From NCBI GenBank assembly GCA_964057225.1, contig OZ059895.1, forward strand, positions 13,764,001 to 13,828,000: DNA of 64,000 nt. The letters run 5' to 3'. Source of the DNA: Auanema rhodensis (taxonomy: Eukaryota; Animalia; Nematoda). Both the position numbers and the translations under genes were made by a program. The notes under the pieces are model-generated. The model ran no database searches. It was not told the DNA's origin and saw only the letters and a program-made list of their open reading frames with translations. Below are positions 1 through 13,400 of the stretch, in pieces; position 1 is the stretch's first letter; every line of letters starts with the position of its first letter.

Positions 1-2555
1 AAAGTTGCGATTTTTGATCCAGTTGAACGCCATCTTGTTTCCCTAAGCGTAAAGCAATGCAGTGTTTACAATCCACCGAGTTAAAAGGTGCTTTAGCGTT
101 CGGATGTGATGCGCAAACGCAGGACGCAAGAGCAGAAAGAATAGCTGACAGTTCAACAGGAGAATTAGGAGAATAATCCAAATCTAAAGTTGCAGAAACA
201 AGTATTCCGAAAGATGACTGTTCAGAGACAGCTACAAAGGTTGCAATATTTGATAATGCTGCCTTAATGTTTTAGCAATAACGTACAAATAAGAAAACCA
301 AACTTACTTGAACTAGACAACTACGATGACTTTGCAAAGCAGAGAGGAAAAGGGTTCGACGCCATTCCGAAAACCCTTTTAATAAAGCTAAGGGTGCTAA
401 TGAACATTCTCTCAGATGATCATCTGATTAAAACAAAATTTAAGAATACCATAATAATAAAAATACTCAGAATATTTTGGCATTTTTTAGCCGTTTTAAT
501 AAATTCTCGGAGAAGAGGAATAGAATTGAAATGTCTTTTAGCAGCTAGGATTAATTCAGGATCCTGAAATTAATTCTGAGATATAAGACTAGTACCAAAT
601 ATACCGTTAACCATGGAAGTGAGAAAAAAGCAACTGCTAAAGAAGGAGCAAAGACATTTTCTTTTACAACGTCTCCAATCATTTCCAATAATGCACGAAA
701 AAGATCTGGAGAGCTGTGAGTGCATGATTTTTCAAGCATCTGAAAAAATTATCTCTGTAAAAAAAACTTTTTTTTATTAACTTGAAGAAGGAAATTTTCG
801 TCAGGCAGAACTTTAGCAAGCAATTCATCAGCTAAGGTATTGTGACACCTGGTCAATGCAGCCATGATGACCCTGCGAACTAATATAGATTCGACTAGTT
901 TTTCTTCTCTAATAAGAGTACAAGTTTTTTTAAGAGTAATCCCACAGAGCCAATTGCAATACATTCTAAAAAAAATGTATAAAACCTATCATCCACTATG
1001 TATTACTTGGTTCCCGTCAACTTATCAATTGCTAGCATAAAGCACAAGTAAGGGACTAGTTGTTCAATCATTTCACTACCATCCGTATAAGACAAAACCG
1101 TGGAGATTAATTTCTGAGAAAAAAAAGGTGAAAGCATTATTTTCAAAAATAAACTTGTAATTCCTTCAAAATATCCTTAGTAAGTTCATGTTTACAAATA
1201 TCTTTAGTTTTTAAACGGCTTAGAATGAGGCAAATAACAGAGATCATCTTGACCAGACGTGCAGCTGAAATACGAAGTAATCACTTATTAATCATGTCAA
1301 GCTTACGTGGATTCACATGACCATTAGCAATTTCAATAAATTTTTTCCCCCATAATAAAACAGATTCCAAGTCAATATTTGCAAACGTTTTCTTTTTCTC
1401 AAAATTAGGAAGTTTATCAGCGAAAACCTAAAAAATGTTTTTTTTTTGAAAAAAGATGTGTAAACTCTAACACTGAAAAATGAATGATGAGCTTCTTGAA
1501 GACTTGTGGAATATGTCGATATTGTACTATTTTCAGCTAAATACGTTTCCACCTAAATGGTATACAAACATAAAAATATTTTCAGAAATACTGTACTTGT
1601 ATCATTCTGTCAATTAATAGCCGGCAAACCACCCAATTCCCAAGATCAAGACTGATTAGCTTTTGGAATATTAAAACACATAACTAAAATAGTAGATAAA
1701 CCATGTTTTGCATAAAAAAGAACTAACGGTACGAAGTTGAATACTATGAATATTGTAAATTTTCAACAACACTTGCCAAAATTTGAGTAAATGATATTTA
1801 GAAAGAGCTTCAAAATTAAAATCGCCATGAATAAACAAATATCTGCAAATAACAACATAGTTAGGTTTCAAAGTTGCCTGTAACATTATAGACTGATAAA
1901 TAGTAACGTCATTTCCTTTCAAACTGGATATTGGAATGTGAATGATGGGTTGATTACTACTGTTATCATCATTTAGAGAAAAAAATACTTTTTGAGCTCC
2001 GCGTGAAACAGCTAAAAATATCACATATAGAAGCTGAATGAACATTTTTTACCATGAAGTTGATCAATGGAATTCATAAGAAAACGTTTCTGATCTTCCT
2101 CCCCAAAGAGTTTAGAAATTTTCAGAATGCTTGCTTGTAAAAGATCGCCAGCTCTATCATTCACAACACTTCCCATTTGAGAAACCAGTAATTTTGATAT
2201 ATACCATATCACAAATTCTTAAAGAAAATACTTCACATGTAACTTTAAAAATGCACTTACCTGGACCAAGCGGGTGTATTTTGTGAAGAATATGCAGAAA
2301 CATTTCCACAAATTCACAATGATTTTTGTATTCATGTACACCAAAAGTAGGGTTCAGAACATCTAGACGCAACAAAATTTCAAATCTCAGATCAATAAGT
2401 GTTTGTAAAACAAGAAGAGCTTCATTTCTAAGTTTCCTTGAATTAGCAATATCAGTGGTATCCCGTAGAGTTTTCCCTAATATGATCAATTTCTGAACAC
2501 ATTCATATTCTGTAGCAGGAATTTGTTGCAAATCTCGCTGAGACAATCTCGACAT
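1..2555 (-). CDS. atl-1: ATR/ATL-1-like PIKK checkpoint kinase, N-terminal HEAT-repeat part; multi-exon and runs off the left edge of the window
   Basis: ATG at 2555 (MSRLSQRDL...) follows a TCTTCAG acceptor with an in-frame stop upstream. Spliced segments FFSLPWLT and GFSEWRRTLFLSALQSHRSCLVQ resemble, from memory, human ATR SLPWI...LEWRTAVYNWALQSSHEVIRASCV. The kinase domain is outside the window. Confidence 0.62.
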
Positions 2556-3619
2556 ATCATCGGTTCAGCCTGAAGAGACTGTAACTATTATATCATTCCA
2601 GCTTGAAACGTAAAAAATTTATTTTAAGAAAAAATCTCCCACGAAAGCTTAAAGGAAAAACTCATTCTGGATTATCATATATTTCAAAATAATAAACTTC
2701 CCGCGTTTGCGTATTTATTTCAAATTTAACGGTTGCATACGCAAGGAAAACTGCTTGTACAACTTGAAAGTTGTCACAGCGTAGGCGATTGAAGTTCTAC
2801 AATCGCATATAGATTTGTAATCATTGAATAATCGATGCTTAAAAGATCTTATTTGAAAAATATAATGAAAAACAGTTTGAAGATTTAATATACTTAATAC
2901 CATAAAGCTAATTGAAACGTCTAGTTTTTCCTTTTAAATTATAAAATGGATTACGCTTTTAATAAATGCGTTTTTTTTCTGATTACAAGCGTGCTTTGTA
3001 ATTGAAGAAAATTCCTTTGATTTTATGTATATGTTAATTTAAATACCTTCGCTTTAGCCTTTTTGAATAAAAACTCAAATATTTGACTCTGCTGTGAATA
3101 TCTAAAAATATTATTAACACCTCACCACCTTAAAAAAGTTAGTTTTAAAAAAAAAACGAAGACTTAGAAATATTCTTTGCCTCGAACTATAACTTGACAG
3201 CTCAAAATGCACATCAAGCATTTTTACAATATTATATATAATCCTAATTAAATAATGTTTTTGTACACATTCTATTGATTTTCTATCATGTTTATTCTTA
3301 CCATTAATTGATTTGGTAAAACTTTATATTGGGAAATTATTTTTTTGACATATATGCCCTATGCCTTGTCGATAATTTTTGATTTTTTAATAGTTTTAAT
3401 ATGCCTGTTATCAAATAAAAATGAAAATTGGTCCTACAGCGCGGACGAAAAATATTCGAGAGAATTTCAAATCGCGACCTATAACAGAAGTGAAGTAGTT
3501 TTCTAGACTATTCCTTTATATGAGTTAGGATGCCTTTTTATACGATTTTTTATAAGGAGTTTTTATAATATTTGTTTGGAATATCTTGATTTAAGCTTGT
3601 TAATCATTTTCGGTCGGTA

Positions 3620-4353
3620 ATGGCGCGTCAACCACCAGTTTCTTGGGCTCAAAGAGAGCAATTTATCTTCTTGAAGTTTGAAGTTGATGAAGTCAAACTC
3701 GAAGATTTATCAATTACTGATGGAAACAAACTTCATTTCGCGTAATTATCCTTTTTCTTATCAATATAATAAATATATTTTAGAGGATCAAGTCACAATG
3801 AAAAATTCGAGACTACCATGGAACTTTTTGATGAAGTTGTTTCAGTTTAATGGTATATGCGTTTACGTTCTGATTTCAGGTTAAATTTGATGAAATCAAA
3901 AAAGCCAATAATCGCGTTTTTGAAATCTCTATCCCTAAGAAAGAAGCTCAATGGTGGCCTAGACTTCTTAAAGCTAAAGGAAAAGTATGTTGTCTCAGTT
4001 GATGACAATGAATGATTATTGTAGGCTCATTGGCTCAGAGTAGATTTCGATAAGTGGGTAGATGAAGATGAAGAAGGAGCTAGTGAAGAAGCTCCATCTG
4101 GAATGGGTGATTTCGATCTTCAGTCTTACATGCAACAGATGGGAGCTGGAGGTATTATTCTTAAATTTTAAACGAAACATGTTCTTAAAAATAGGAATGG
4201 GAATGGGAATGGGCGGCGGCGGCCCTGCCGACTTCGAAGGTTTGGAGGATGAAGAAGAGGATGGTATTACATTAATTTAAAAATTGTATTTCACTATTTT
4301 TTTTTGTAGAAATGCCAATGTTGGAGGAAGATGGAGAAACCAAGGCAAATTAG
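3620..4353 (+). CDS. p23/PTGES3 Hsp90 co-chaperone (CS domain), multi-exon
   Basis: Spliced protein MARQPPVSWAQREQ...WWPRLLKAKGK|AHWLRVDFDKWVDEDEE carries the p23 signatures WAQR, WPRL and VDFDKWVDED, plus a Gly/Met-rich acidic tail. TAG at 4351-4353. Confidence 0.93.
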
Positions 4354-4476
4354 ATCAATTTTTGAATTGTTATACTCTCATAAGAATGTTCTCATGCTCG
4401 TTTGTTTTGGTTGTTTGTGTTCTTACGCGTTTTTTGCTACCAACTTTAATTAATGTTTATAATTAATAAATTTCTT

Positions 4477-7400
4477 TCAAAATGGTGTGTTGTTCAATTT
4501 AGTTTCGTCAAGTTCCAAGAGCTCAATGCAATTTTTCCAAAGAATAGCATCCTTATTTAGAGTTGTTAGGTCATTATAGTCCTCGACAACCTGTCCCACA
4601 GAAAGTTCACCGAGGGGGAAAGGATAGTCGGTGCCGAGAACGATTTTTTCCTGAAATACGCAAAAATGAAATGGTATAAGAAGTGTTGACAAACTATTCC
4701 AACGGTGTGAATTAGCAAGCGTAGAGCTTCTGGATCATGTACTAGAGAATCAGTCCAAATTTTATTGTTAAGTTCCATAGGAGAAACATTACAGTCTGTA
4801 GCGCATAGATCTGGCCTCACCTAAAAATATAATAAAAGTTAGTTTCCAACTAATTTGTTTCTTTACCTTGTAGCCATGAGCCACTCTTCCGGCTATTTGA
4901 GGATAAGACCCACCTCCATGAGCAAAACAGAAGCGCAAACGGGGGAATAGTAGAAGCACATTGCCCATTAAGATAGAGCATATAGCTTGAGCTGTTTCGG
5001 AAGGCATCCCTAAATTTCAAAATAATTTTTTTTTCTCAACTCTTCCTTGCCTACAAGCCATGGCATCCAATACTTTTTGAGCCTACCATCCCAACCATGC
5101 ATATCCCAGGGATGAACAAAAATTACGACATTGAGATCTTGGCATTCCTAATATGAATTAATGTTATTTTGCTACGAACTATATCGCATTCCGAATAAAC
5201 AAATAAATATACCTTATATAAAGGCCAGAATTCTTTGTCATCCAAGCTTTTTTCTCCAATATGGGATCCTACTTCGATTCCACGGAAACCCATAGAAACA
5301 CATCTCCGCAGTTCCTAAATAGTGAATGTAAAAATATATATAATTTTTAATAGATTAATATTAATATTAATATTTTTTGGTACAAGAAAAATAAGAGCAG
5401 ATTATATATATATATTGAAAAGTATAAGCAAATTAGATAACACTCTTAAACTGAGTGAACAAGAGACGGAAGATGGAAGAATAAAAACTGAAAGGAGGTT
5501 GTCAACAAAATCTACTAATATCAATTCATTTTTTTCAAATAAAACGTAATGAGCGGTTGAATTTCATTATTACCAGGGAGAAGCTCAATTTCAAGTTCAT
5601 TTTATTATTCTACGTCTTATAAATAGAGAAAAGCTCGTGGTGTCACTATATATATTTCGTTTTACCTAAATCTTTTATAAATATTCGCTGTTTTACTAAT
5701 TGATCGAATTAGTTCATATTTCATTTAGAATTAAGATTTGAGTAGAATCAGTTAATTCATAGCCTATTCTTCTTCCAAAGCAAAACTTATTTATGGAACT
5801 ATAAGTTGTTTATTTATTTCATGTTCATTTGTTATGAACTGTGAGAGGATGTACAAAGTACTTTGGAAATACAGAATATTTTATTTCTGCTATACTAGGC
5901 GGTCCATTACCATGAATATATTATATTATATTTTTTTTAAATGAAAATGTTGGGTATATTTTCTATTTTCCTTCCTATGGCTAATTAAGATAAATTACTA
6001 CAAAGTGGATATTTTCTATGTAGGTTTGTTCGATCCGAATTAATCTATTCAGCTAGCATCAGAAAGCTGCTCAGTTTTTGTAGGAAAACTACAATCATGT
6101 AAATACTCCTTAATTTCCTTTCCTTTCCGTATTTAAGCCAAACGAGTGTCATAAAGCTCATTACAATCAATCAACTTTGAATTTTCTGAAAAAAAGGAGA
6201 TTCCGACGTTTTTTGAAGAAAATGGAAATTAAAAATAAGTACGATGATGCTAAAGCATTATTTAACAGTATTTAGAGAGAATGTATAGTCATTTGATTCT
6301 ACGAATTTAAGTTCTTATCCAAAGTCTACCCTGTATTCTGCATCTTTTAGTCTTTTTACAAAAAAAAATAGAAAAAGCACCATAAAAGTAGTTAGAGAAG
6401 GAGAGAACTAGTTGGTGGGTGGGACTAACTAAAGCAGAAGAAGAAGAAGAAGAAGAAGCCTAAACCCCGCCTCTCTTTTGACAATCAATTGGCTAGGGGC
6501 TGTGCCTCTCTTCCTTCCCACCCCTTTAGCCGTACGTGTGGTACTATGTGTGGCCAGACTGCACTGATGAGCTTTCTTATAGTTTTCGTAAAGTTTTTAC
6601 ATATTTTTCATATCCATTTTTTAATATTCAATCTCCTTACTATATATTAATTGTAATGACTGATTAAGAGCAAGCATTACGTTTGTATTAACACTTTATA
6701 TTGAGATATTCTTCTTTTTAAAATAAGTATAGTCTATGAATATGTAATGACTCTATTATATTGGATACTAATAGAGAATATTACTTTATATTATTTTATC
6801 ATAATTATAACTTTTTTTATTAAATTAATCATTCATTTTCTATGATTTCTTTGTTCTTTTCATTAATAAGTATTACGATCTGTTTTTCAAGATACCATAT
6901 AAGCTTCATTTTTTATTTCAAAACTTACATAACTTGAATATTGAACGATCATTGATTTGTATTTTACAGGTTGCAGGTTTAGCCAACATTGGGTGTTATC
7001 TACTATATTAGAAATATTTAATCCTAATCTTTATAATCATCTGAAAGCTAATAATGCATCAGTTACATCTTTTACTTTTTCTTCTGTTTATGCTCATGAT
7101 TTCTGGATCAGGACGGTGAGTATACATTTACATTAAAAAAAAAAGAAGAGAAGCCTTTTTTGTTAAACAAATTAATTTTGTCACGTCTGAGGAGTTGAAG
7201 AGAACACAAGAATTAGAGAAGGGGGGATAACAAATGCATTGACTTTCCAAAGCTGTAGTAATGACATGCCTTGCTTATGGTATAAAGTCAGTTTGGTTTC
7301 TTATACTACCTTCAGAATCTATATGATTTGATTTGGACCTCACTAAATTTGCCATCACAGATCGAAGAGTTCTCGTAAAGGAGCCAAGAGAGAAAGAAAA

Positions 7401-10400
7401 CGAAAAAAGAGAGATAGGGAAAAAAAAGGAAAAAAAGATGGAGAGATAGAGAGAGAGTGAGGACGAGAAAAAGGAAATACCGATAGAAGAGAGCTGGTGC
7501 AGGAAAAGAATGGAGAACGAAAAGAAAGAAGTCAAAACTAGTCCCACACGCACACAGCATTGCCGCAGCTGCCATGGTTCTCAAAGCGTCTGTGTGAAAA
7601 TGGAGCTTTTTGTTTTGAAGCCAAGAAGCAAATTATTAGTTGAAAAGGGAAAATGATGCTGACTATCCATGTAGCGGTTGATGGAATTATGCTTCATAAC
7701 AGAAAAAAAGAAGCGAATGATGAAAGGATTAGAAGTAAAGAGAGTGAAAGAGTAACTAATTAGATTTCATAAATATAGTCAGTGATTTGACTATATCTAG
7801 CTTTTCAATATTCTACGGATTTTCTTTTTTTTCACTTTTTAATCATTTCATAAAACATAGGAGAAGCTATTGTTCCCTCTAGGACCATATTTATTACGTT
7901 TCGTTGGGCTATTTTTACTCGAATATATTCTATTTCACCGAATATTTAAAGTACACTGATAACGATAAAATATGTGAAACTTTTAAAGTTCAGGAGGATG
8001 AAATTTTTTACTAAGAGTTGAAGAAGAGCTCAAACTTTGCCAAACCTCCCCAATCTCGTCAATCATGACGTTCATGAGTCTCAAAGGCTCAGCATAGCAT
8101 TGTGCTCACAGATCATTAGTAAGCGTGGGATGATTCGCTTAGCATCTTTGTGAAAATTTTGTATTAAAGCATAATCACAAAACCTTTAGATTGACCCTCT
8201 ATATAACTATCTCAATTATTAGAAATTGTTATTTTTATATGCGACATCATGAAATGTGAATTGAAAAAAAAATCCAAATTGATAACAATGGATATTTCAA
8301 ATTTTTACGTTTTCTACTTAAATATATATTATTTAAATTAACTTTTTAACATAAAAATATTATATTTTTGTTGTAAGTTAGGAGATATAGACGTATTATC
8401 AAAGTATTTTTATATAATTTTCTATTATTATCTTCATAAATACTTGTTGATGAATTTGGAACTTATGTACAGAACGTCTGATGGAGCACGTAAGGAACAA
8501 GAAAGTTAAGATGTTCATTGGAAATGATTATATTACATTCCAGTCTGAACTAATTTAATCCAATGAATTCTTACTACCAACATTATATTGGATAGTTCTT
8601 TTTTTCTCAAATAGGCGTTGTCAATCTGAGTTGTCCTCCCGCACCACAACGAACAGAGGGAGATAGAGAGAAAGAGGCTTAGAGAGAGAGGAGGAGGAGG
8701 AGGAGGAGAGAGAGAGAATAATATAGAAGCAGCTAGCGAAAGACTAAACGAATGAGTGAGAAAAAGTATTGACTAGACACCAGGTCCAAGGGGAATTGAA
8801 ACGGATGACGGAATAGCCATCTAACAGAGAGCGGAGTATGAAACGAAGGAAAGAAGGCAAGGAGTAGTAGGCCTTAAGTTATCGGGAGCTGCGGACCTTA
8901 GGTTGTCCTTATTCTGACCGAAAGCACTTGTCGAAAGATTACAAAAGCAGCTGTGATCATTCGACATGTTGCTCTACACAAGATGTCAACAGCGCTATCT
9001 TCAAGTAAATAAGAGTTCGTTAAAAAGAACGATGACCAATTAACTCAGAACCAAAATGTGAAAGCTAATAACCATGAAATGGGAAAGAATGTTTTTGGAA
9101 GATAATTATAACTTAGGAAGTACTGCACATGTCTGTTTTATGTATGAGAAAACTTTGACGATTCACAAGGATCCATGGGTGGGCTGATTAAACAGCTTCA
9201 CGAAAATTAGATTACACTCAAATCTTTATTTTTCTCGTTTCCCCCCGTCCTTTTACTGCATCAACAATTTTTCTCATGTGCGGTCGGCTGTTCACAGATG
9301 ATTAACTTAGTTTTTTTTAAAATTTCGCAGCATATTGTAGTGCATGGGATGAATGAAAGTTCTCAATATAAAGTAAAGTGTTTCCATAGATGTAAATGGA
9401 AAAATTATATAAATTAAGATATAGTTACAAGAGGAGATTATAACTGTCTATGAGCTAAATAATATACCATTTAGTATAATAAGTTTAATTTTCAGAAAAG
9501 CAGTTTATAGAAGGAATTCTCGTCAGCTGCGGCGTTTGAGTCGAAACTATGATTGGGAAGTGGATGAGCACGGAGGGCTTAGACCGTTTAATCCTGGAAA
9601 GGTAAGATCGCATTGCCTTTTTCTCAACATATTCTTTCGGCGATTCTATGCTTTAGAGGTTATGCACGTGCTCAAAGTGGCATTGCATTTCTATTTCAAG
9701 ATATGTCCGATGTATTCTCAAGACCTTTGTTCTATTCTATGAATTTGAATAAATAAGCTATTAGAAAGAGAGAAAGTGAGAGAGAAAGAGGTTGCGATTG
9801 AAAGCGAGCAACAAAGAGAATGCTTTTGGAATAAGATGATCATAGCTGAATATATCACGTGGCCTTGTTGATTTATAATTTTGAATTGAGGAAGCAGACA
9901 CATCCGAATTCCAAAAAGCATTGGTTTCATTAAGAACAGTATGATTGCTATAAAAGCTTGTCATCGATTTGTCTCAAATATGAAATTTGAGTTCCTGCAT
10001 CAAGTTGCTAAGGCACGTCATAAACTCTCATCCAACATGTAATTTCTATTCTTTCAGTCAAGCATTATTAAGTTGCAAAACTTGGAGAGACATGATTTTG
10101 AGAGAGAAGAAAATATTTAGAATAAAGCACGAAAATTTATTAATCATACGCATAAAAGAAGCTTATATTCATAATTAATCAGAAAATAATATGAAAATTA
10201 TCAATTTTTAGATGATTCGAGCGACTGAAAGCCAAATGTGTGCAAATGATTCATACATTCTTCAAAAGATCATGGCTGGATACAACCGACATAAAATTCC
10301 AGGAGGACGAGTAAGTTTTTAATTTAGTTATATAAAAGTTTTTCTCTTTACTCCTCCATACATGTATTGTATGATTTGTGCAGTAATGCTCCGGAATTAG

Positions 10401-13400
10401 CCAAATCTCACATAGTTAGTCGGCTGTTGTCGTAGCGGATCTCAAAGATTGATGCGAAATCCTGCAAACAATTTGGCTTTTGTGTCCATTATTCCTATTT
10501 CACCAAATATACGAGTCCGTTGCCATTAAAGTTTCCAAGCCAAACAAATATTTTTTTGATTTAATTTTCGACAAAACATACGAAAAGCAACATGTATACG
10601 GCCAAGATTTAGGAAATTTACTTTTAAACATGATAGAGATGAAGTTCTCCAAAAGCGACTAAGAAAAACTGATAATAGCATTGAAGTAGTTTTACTTAGA
10701 TTTCTGATGCATATCCTTCAATCCAAATATGGTGATGGGCTGCGGCAAGATAATAACCTATTTCCATACGTTATAAGCCTGAGACATCCCATATGGACAC
10801 TAGACGAATTTATTCTGTTCCGTATTCCTGCTTATATTATCTGAAAACCAAGTGAAAGAACATTGTTGGGCAACAACTATTTCAAGGCTTGGGAATGCTC
10901 AATCGAAACTTGAATGAAGTTTCTAAAAAGTAAACAAATTCTTTTAGCCTGTTTTGCCTTTTTTAATGACAGACAAAAATTAAGGAAATAGATAGTTAGC
11001 CTCATCAAAAATTGTGATGACCTTTCTCTCCAGGGAAATGAGCCACAAGACAGAAAGCTGGTTGCTAGTGTTAGTGACGAAATTAGATTTTCGCATTTTG
11101 GCTTCAACCCGGCCATTCACACGATTTCACACAGTTCGCTTCTCTTCGTTATGAGAAATTCTATTCAGACTCAAAAAGTGAGAGCAAAAACTTTAAAAAG
11201 AGGAGAAAAACTTGAAGGGAGGATGCCATTATTTTCGTCGAGGACGACGTTATAAGCTCTGAAAACAGGAATCAAAGATGTATGACAAATCACAACGATC
11301 TTTTATATATATAATCGCAAAAAAAATCTTTTGCTTGAGACTCAGTAGTATCCTAACCACAATAATAAAATTGTAATTCAACTAGAGTTTGTATTTCATT
11401 AAAATCAAAAACATTATAATCTTTATTTCAGGTTGATGTACAGGTTGAAGTATGGGTACAAGAGATCACAACGATCTCAGATATTACTAGTGATTTTCAA
11501 GTAAAATTTGTTATTTTATTAAAAAAATTAATAAAATAATATTATTTTCAGTTAGATATCTACATATCCGAGATGTGGCTAGATCCAGCTCTCGTATATA
11601 GTGACTTAAATCCATGCAAACAGAATCTATCATTGAATAGTGTTCTTTTGGAAAAGCTTTGGACACCAAATTCATGTTTCATCAATTCAAAAACGGCTGA
11701 TATACACAAAAGTCCATTCCCAAATATATTTCTGTTGATATACTCCAATGGATCAGGTATTTTCCAAGTTTTTTTCGATTGAAAGAAATATTTTTAATAT
11801 ATATATAGTGAGAAAAACATGAAAATTAGAAGATAATTTATTGATTCTAAATGAATCAGTAAAATTTAATTTATATATATTACTGCTTTCCAATCTGTTG
11901 ATTAATCGTATTCATTATGTGCTAAATGGAAAGCATGAGAGAGATAATTTCTTTTCAAAAAAAAAAGAAAAAGAAATATTTCTCTCGACTCGAAGAATAT
12001 TTGATTGCTATGACTGGGATTATCACGGATATTTGAAAAAGAAAGTTGGTATCCTTTCTAGTTAGTTAAGTTGTTCCTTACCATAAGATACTCATAAGAT
12101 TAGATTGTTATGATTTTTCTTATTTCAACTCAAATTAGAAATTTCTTGAAAGTTTTTTCCATGAATGGATTAAGTTTTTGCTATCAACTTATGTAATGAA
12201 GATGATTGTAGTTTAGAAACAAAAACAAAAGAAATCGTAAAAGCCTTAAAGAATCAGCCATTTCCTTTGATTTCATTTGAATATCAGATAACTCTTCCGA
12301 CTACATAATGTGAAAAGTTTAATTCATTAGATCTTTGAATTAAAAATTCAAGCAAGCAGTCAAGTTTTTAGTTTTTGTGTGAATATATTAGCCTTTCCTA
12401 TTTGCTATATCTTTTTGTTTGTGTAAGAACTCAAAGCGTTTTCATTGATTTGAACAAAATTTAAGATCTTGAACTCTAAGTACTAGCTTAGCTTCATTTT
12501 CGTCAAAATAATGCTTTGGATTGGTTTGTAGAGACATCTATTGGAGATGAAATCGATATGAATGCTTATATGTCGTTATATTGGTAATATTCATGCTTAT
12601 AAAAAATGAGGGAGTTGTGAAATGCTGAGAAAGGAGAAAGAACTAACGTTAAAGCTTTACTACGCAAACCACCGAAGAATAGAAAGACGGATGAATTGGA
12701 GAGATAAAGAACTTTGCATCGATCTCCTTCCAGACAACGCATTGGCTGCCCTCGCTAATAGTAACTGGAGTTTTAGAAATAGACTCAGCGAGAAAAGATA
12801 TCGGAATAGGGAATGAATGATGTTGATGAGGAATTGACACTCCAATGATGCTTGAGTTTCAGAGTAAAATGAAATAAACTGAGAAACATGAAGAATATGC
12901 TTAATACATTCCAAGTTTTACCATATCAATTCATTTCTTATACTTCTTTCAAATAGCTCAGACAAATTTCTTTGAAATAACGGAAAAAGAACCGGTAGTT
13001 TTAACTTCCTGTCACTGTCGTTATAATAAAGATTCACAAATCATATTTGATGAATAAGTATGTTTAAGTTTGTGAATATAAATTCATAAATCATGTTTAT
13101 GTCATGAGCTACTATAGCATGATAAAGCATGAGCATCTAGCAGCATGATTATGAGAATAATCAAGGATTATATATAAGGGGTTAGAAAAACTGAATTAAG
13201 GCTTTATCTTATTTGACAAAAAAAAAAGAAAAATAATCAAAATTATTCTTAATTCTGTGTGTTTAAGTGTGGACGAACTACCGTTTGAAGCTACAAGGAC
13301 CATGTTTGATGGATTTGACACGATTTCCATTTGATAATGTTACATGTTCATTAACATTTGAATCTTTTAAGTGAGTTTATATAGTATATAACTAGATTTA

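Noticed and set aside
4477-5314. Apparent 5'-truncated ACMSD pseudogene
   Set aside because: The missing N-terminal exons are intact at 15870-16528 and join in frame.
7275-7584. Two Phe/Ser/Leu-rich - strand ORFs (92 and 90 aa)
   Set aside because: They are translations of a GA-rich low-complexity tract, with no splice or family support.
12622-12914. Overlapping short ORFs in a channel intron
   Set aside because: No homology signal and no phase-compatible splice sites; the flanking channel exons join without them.
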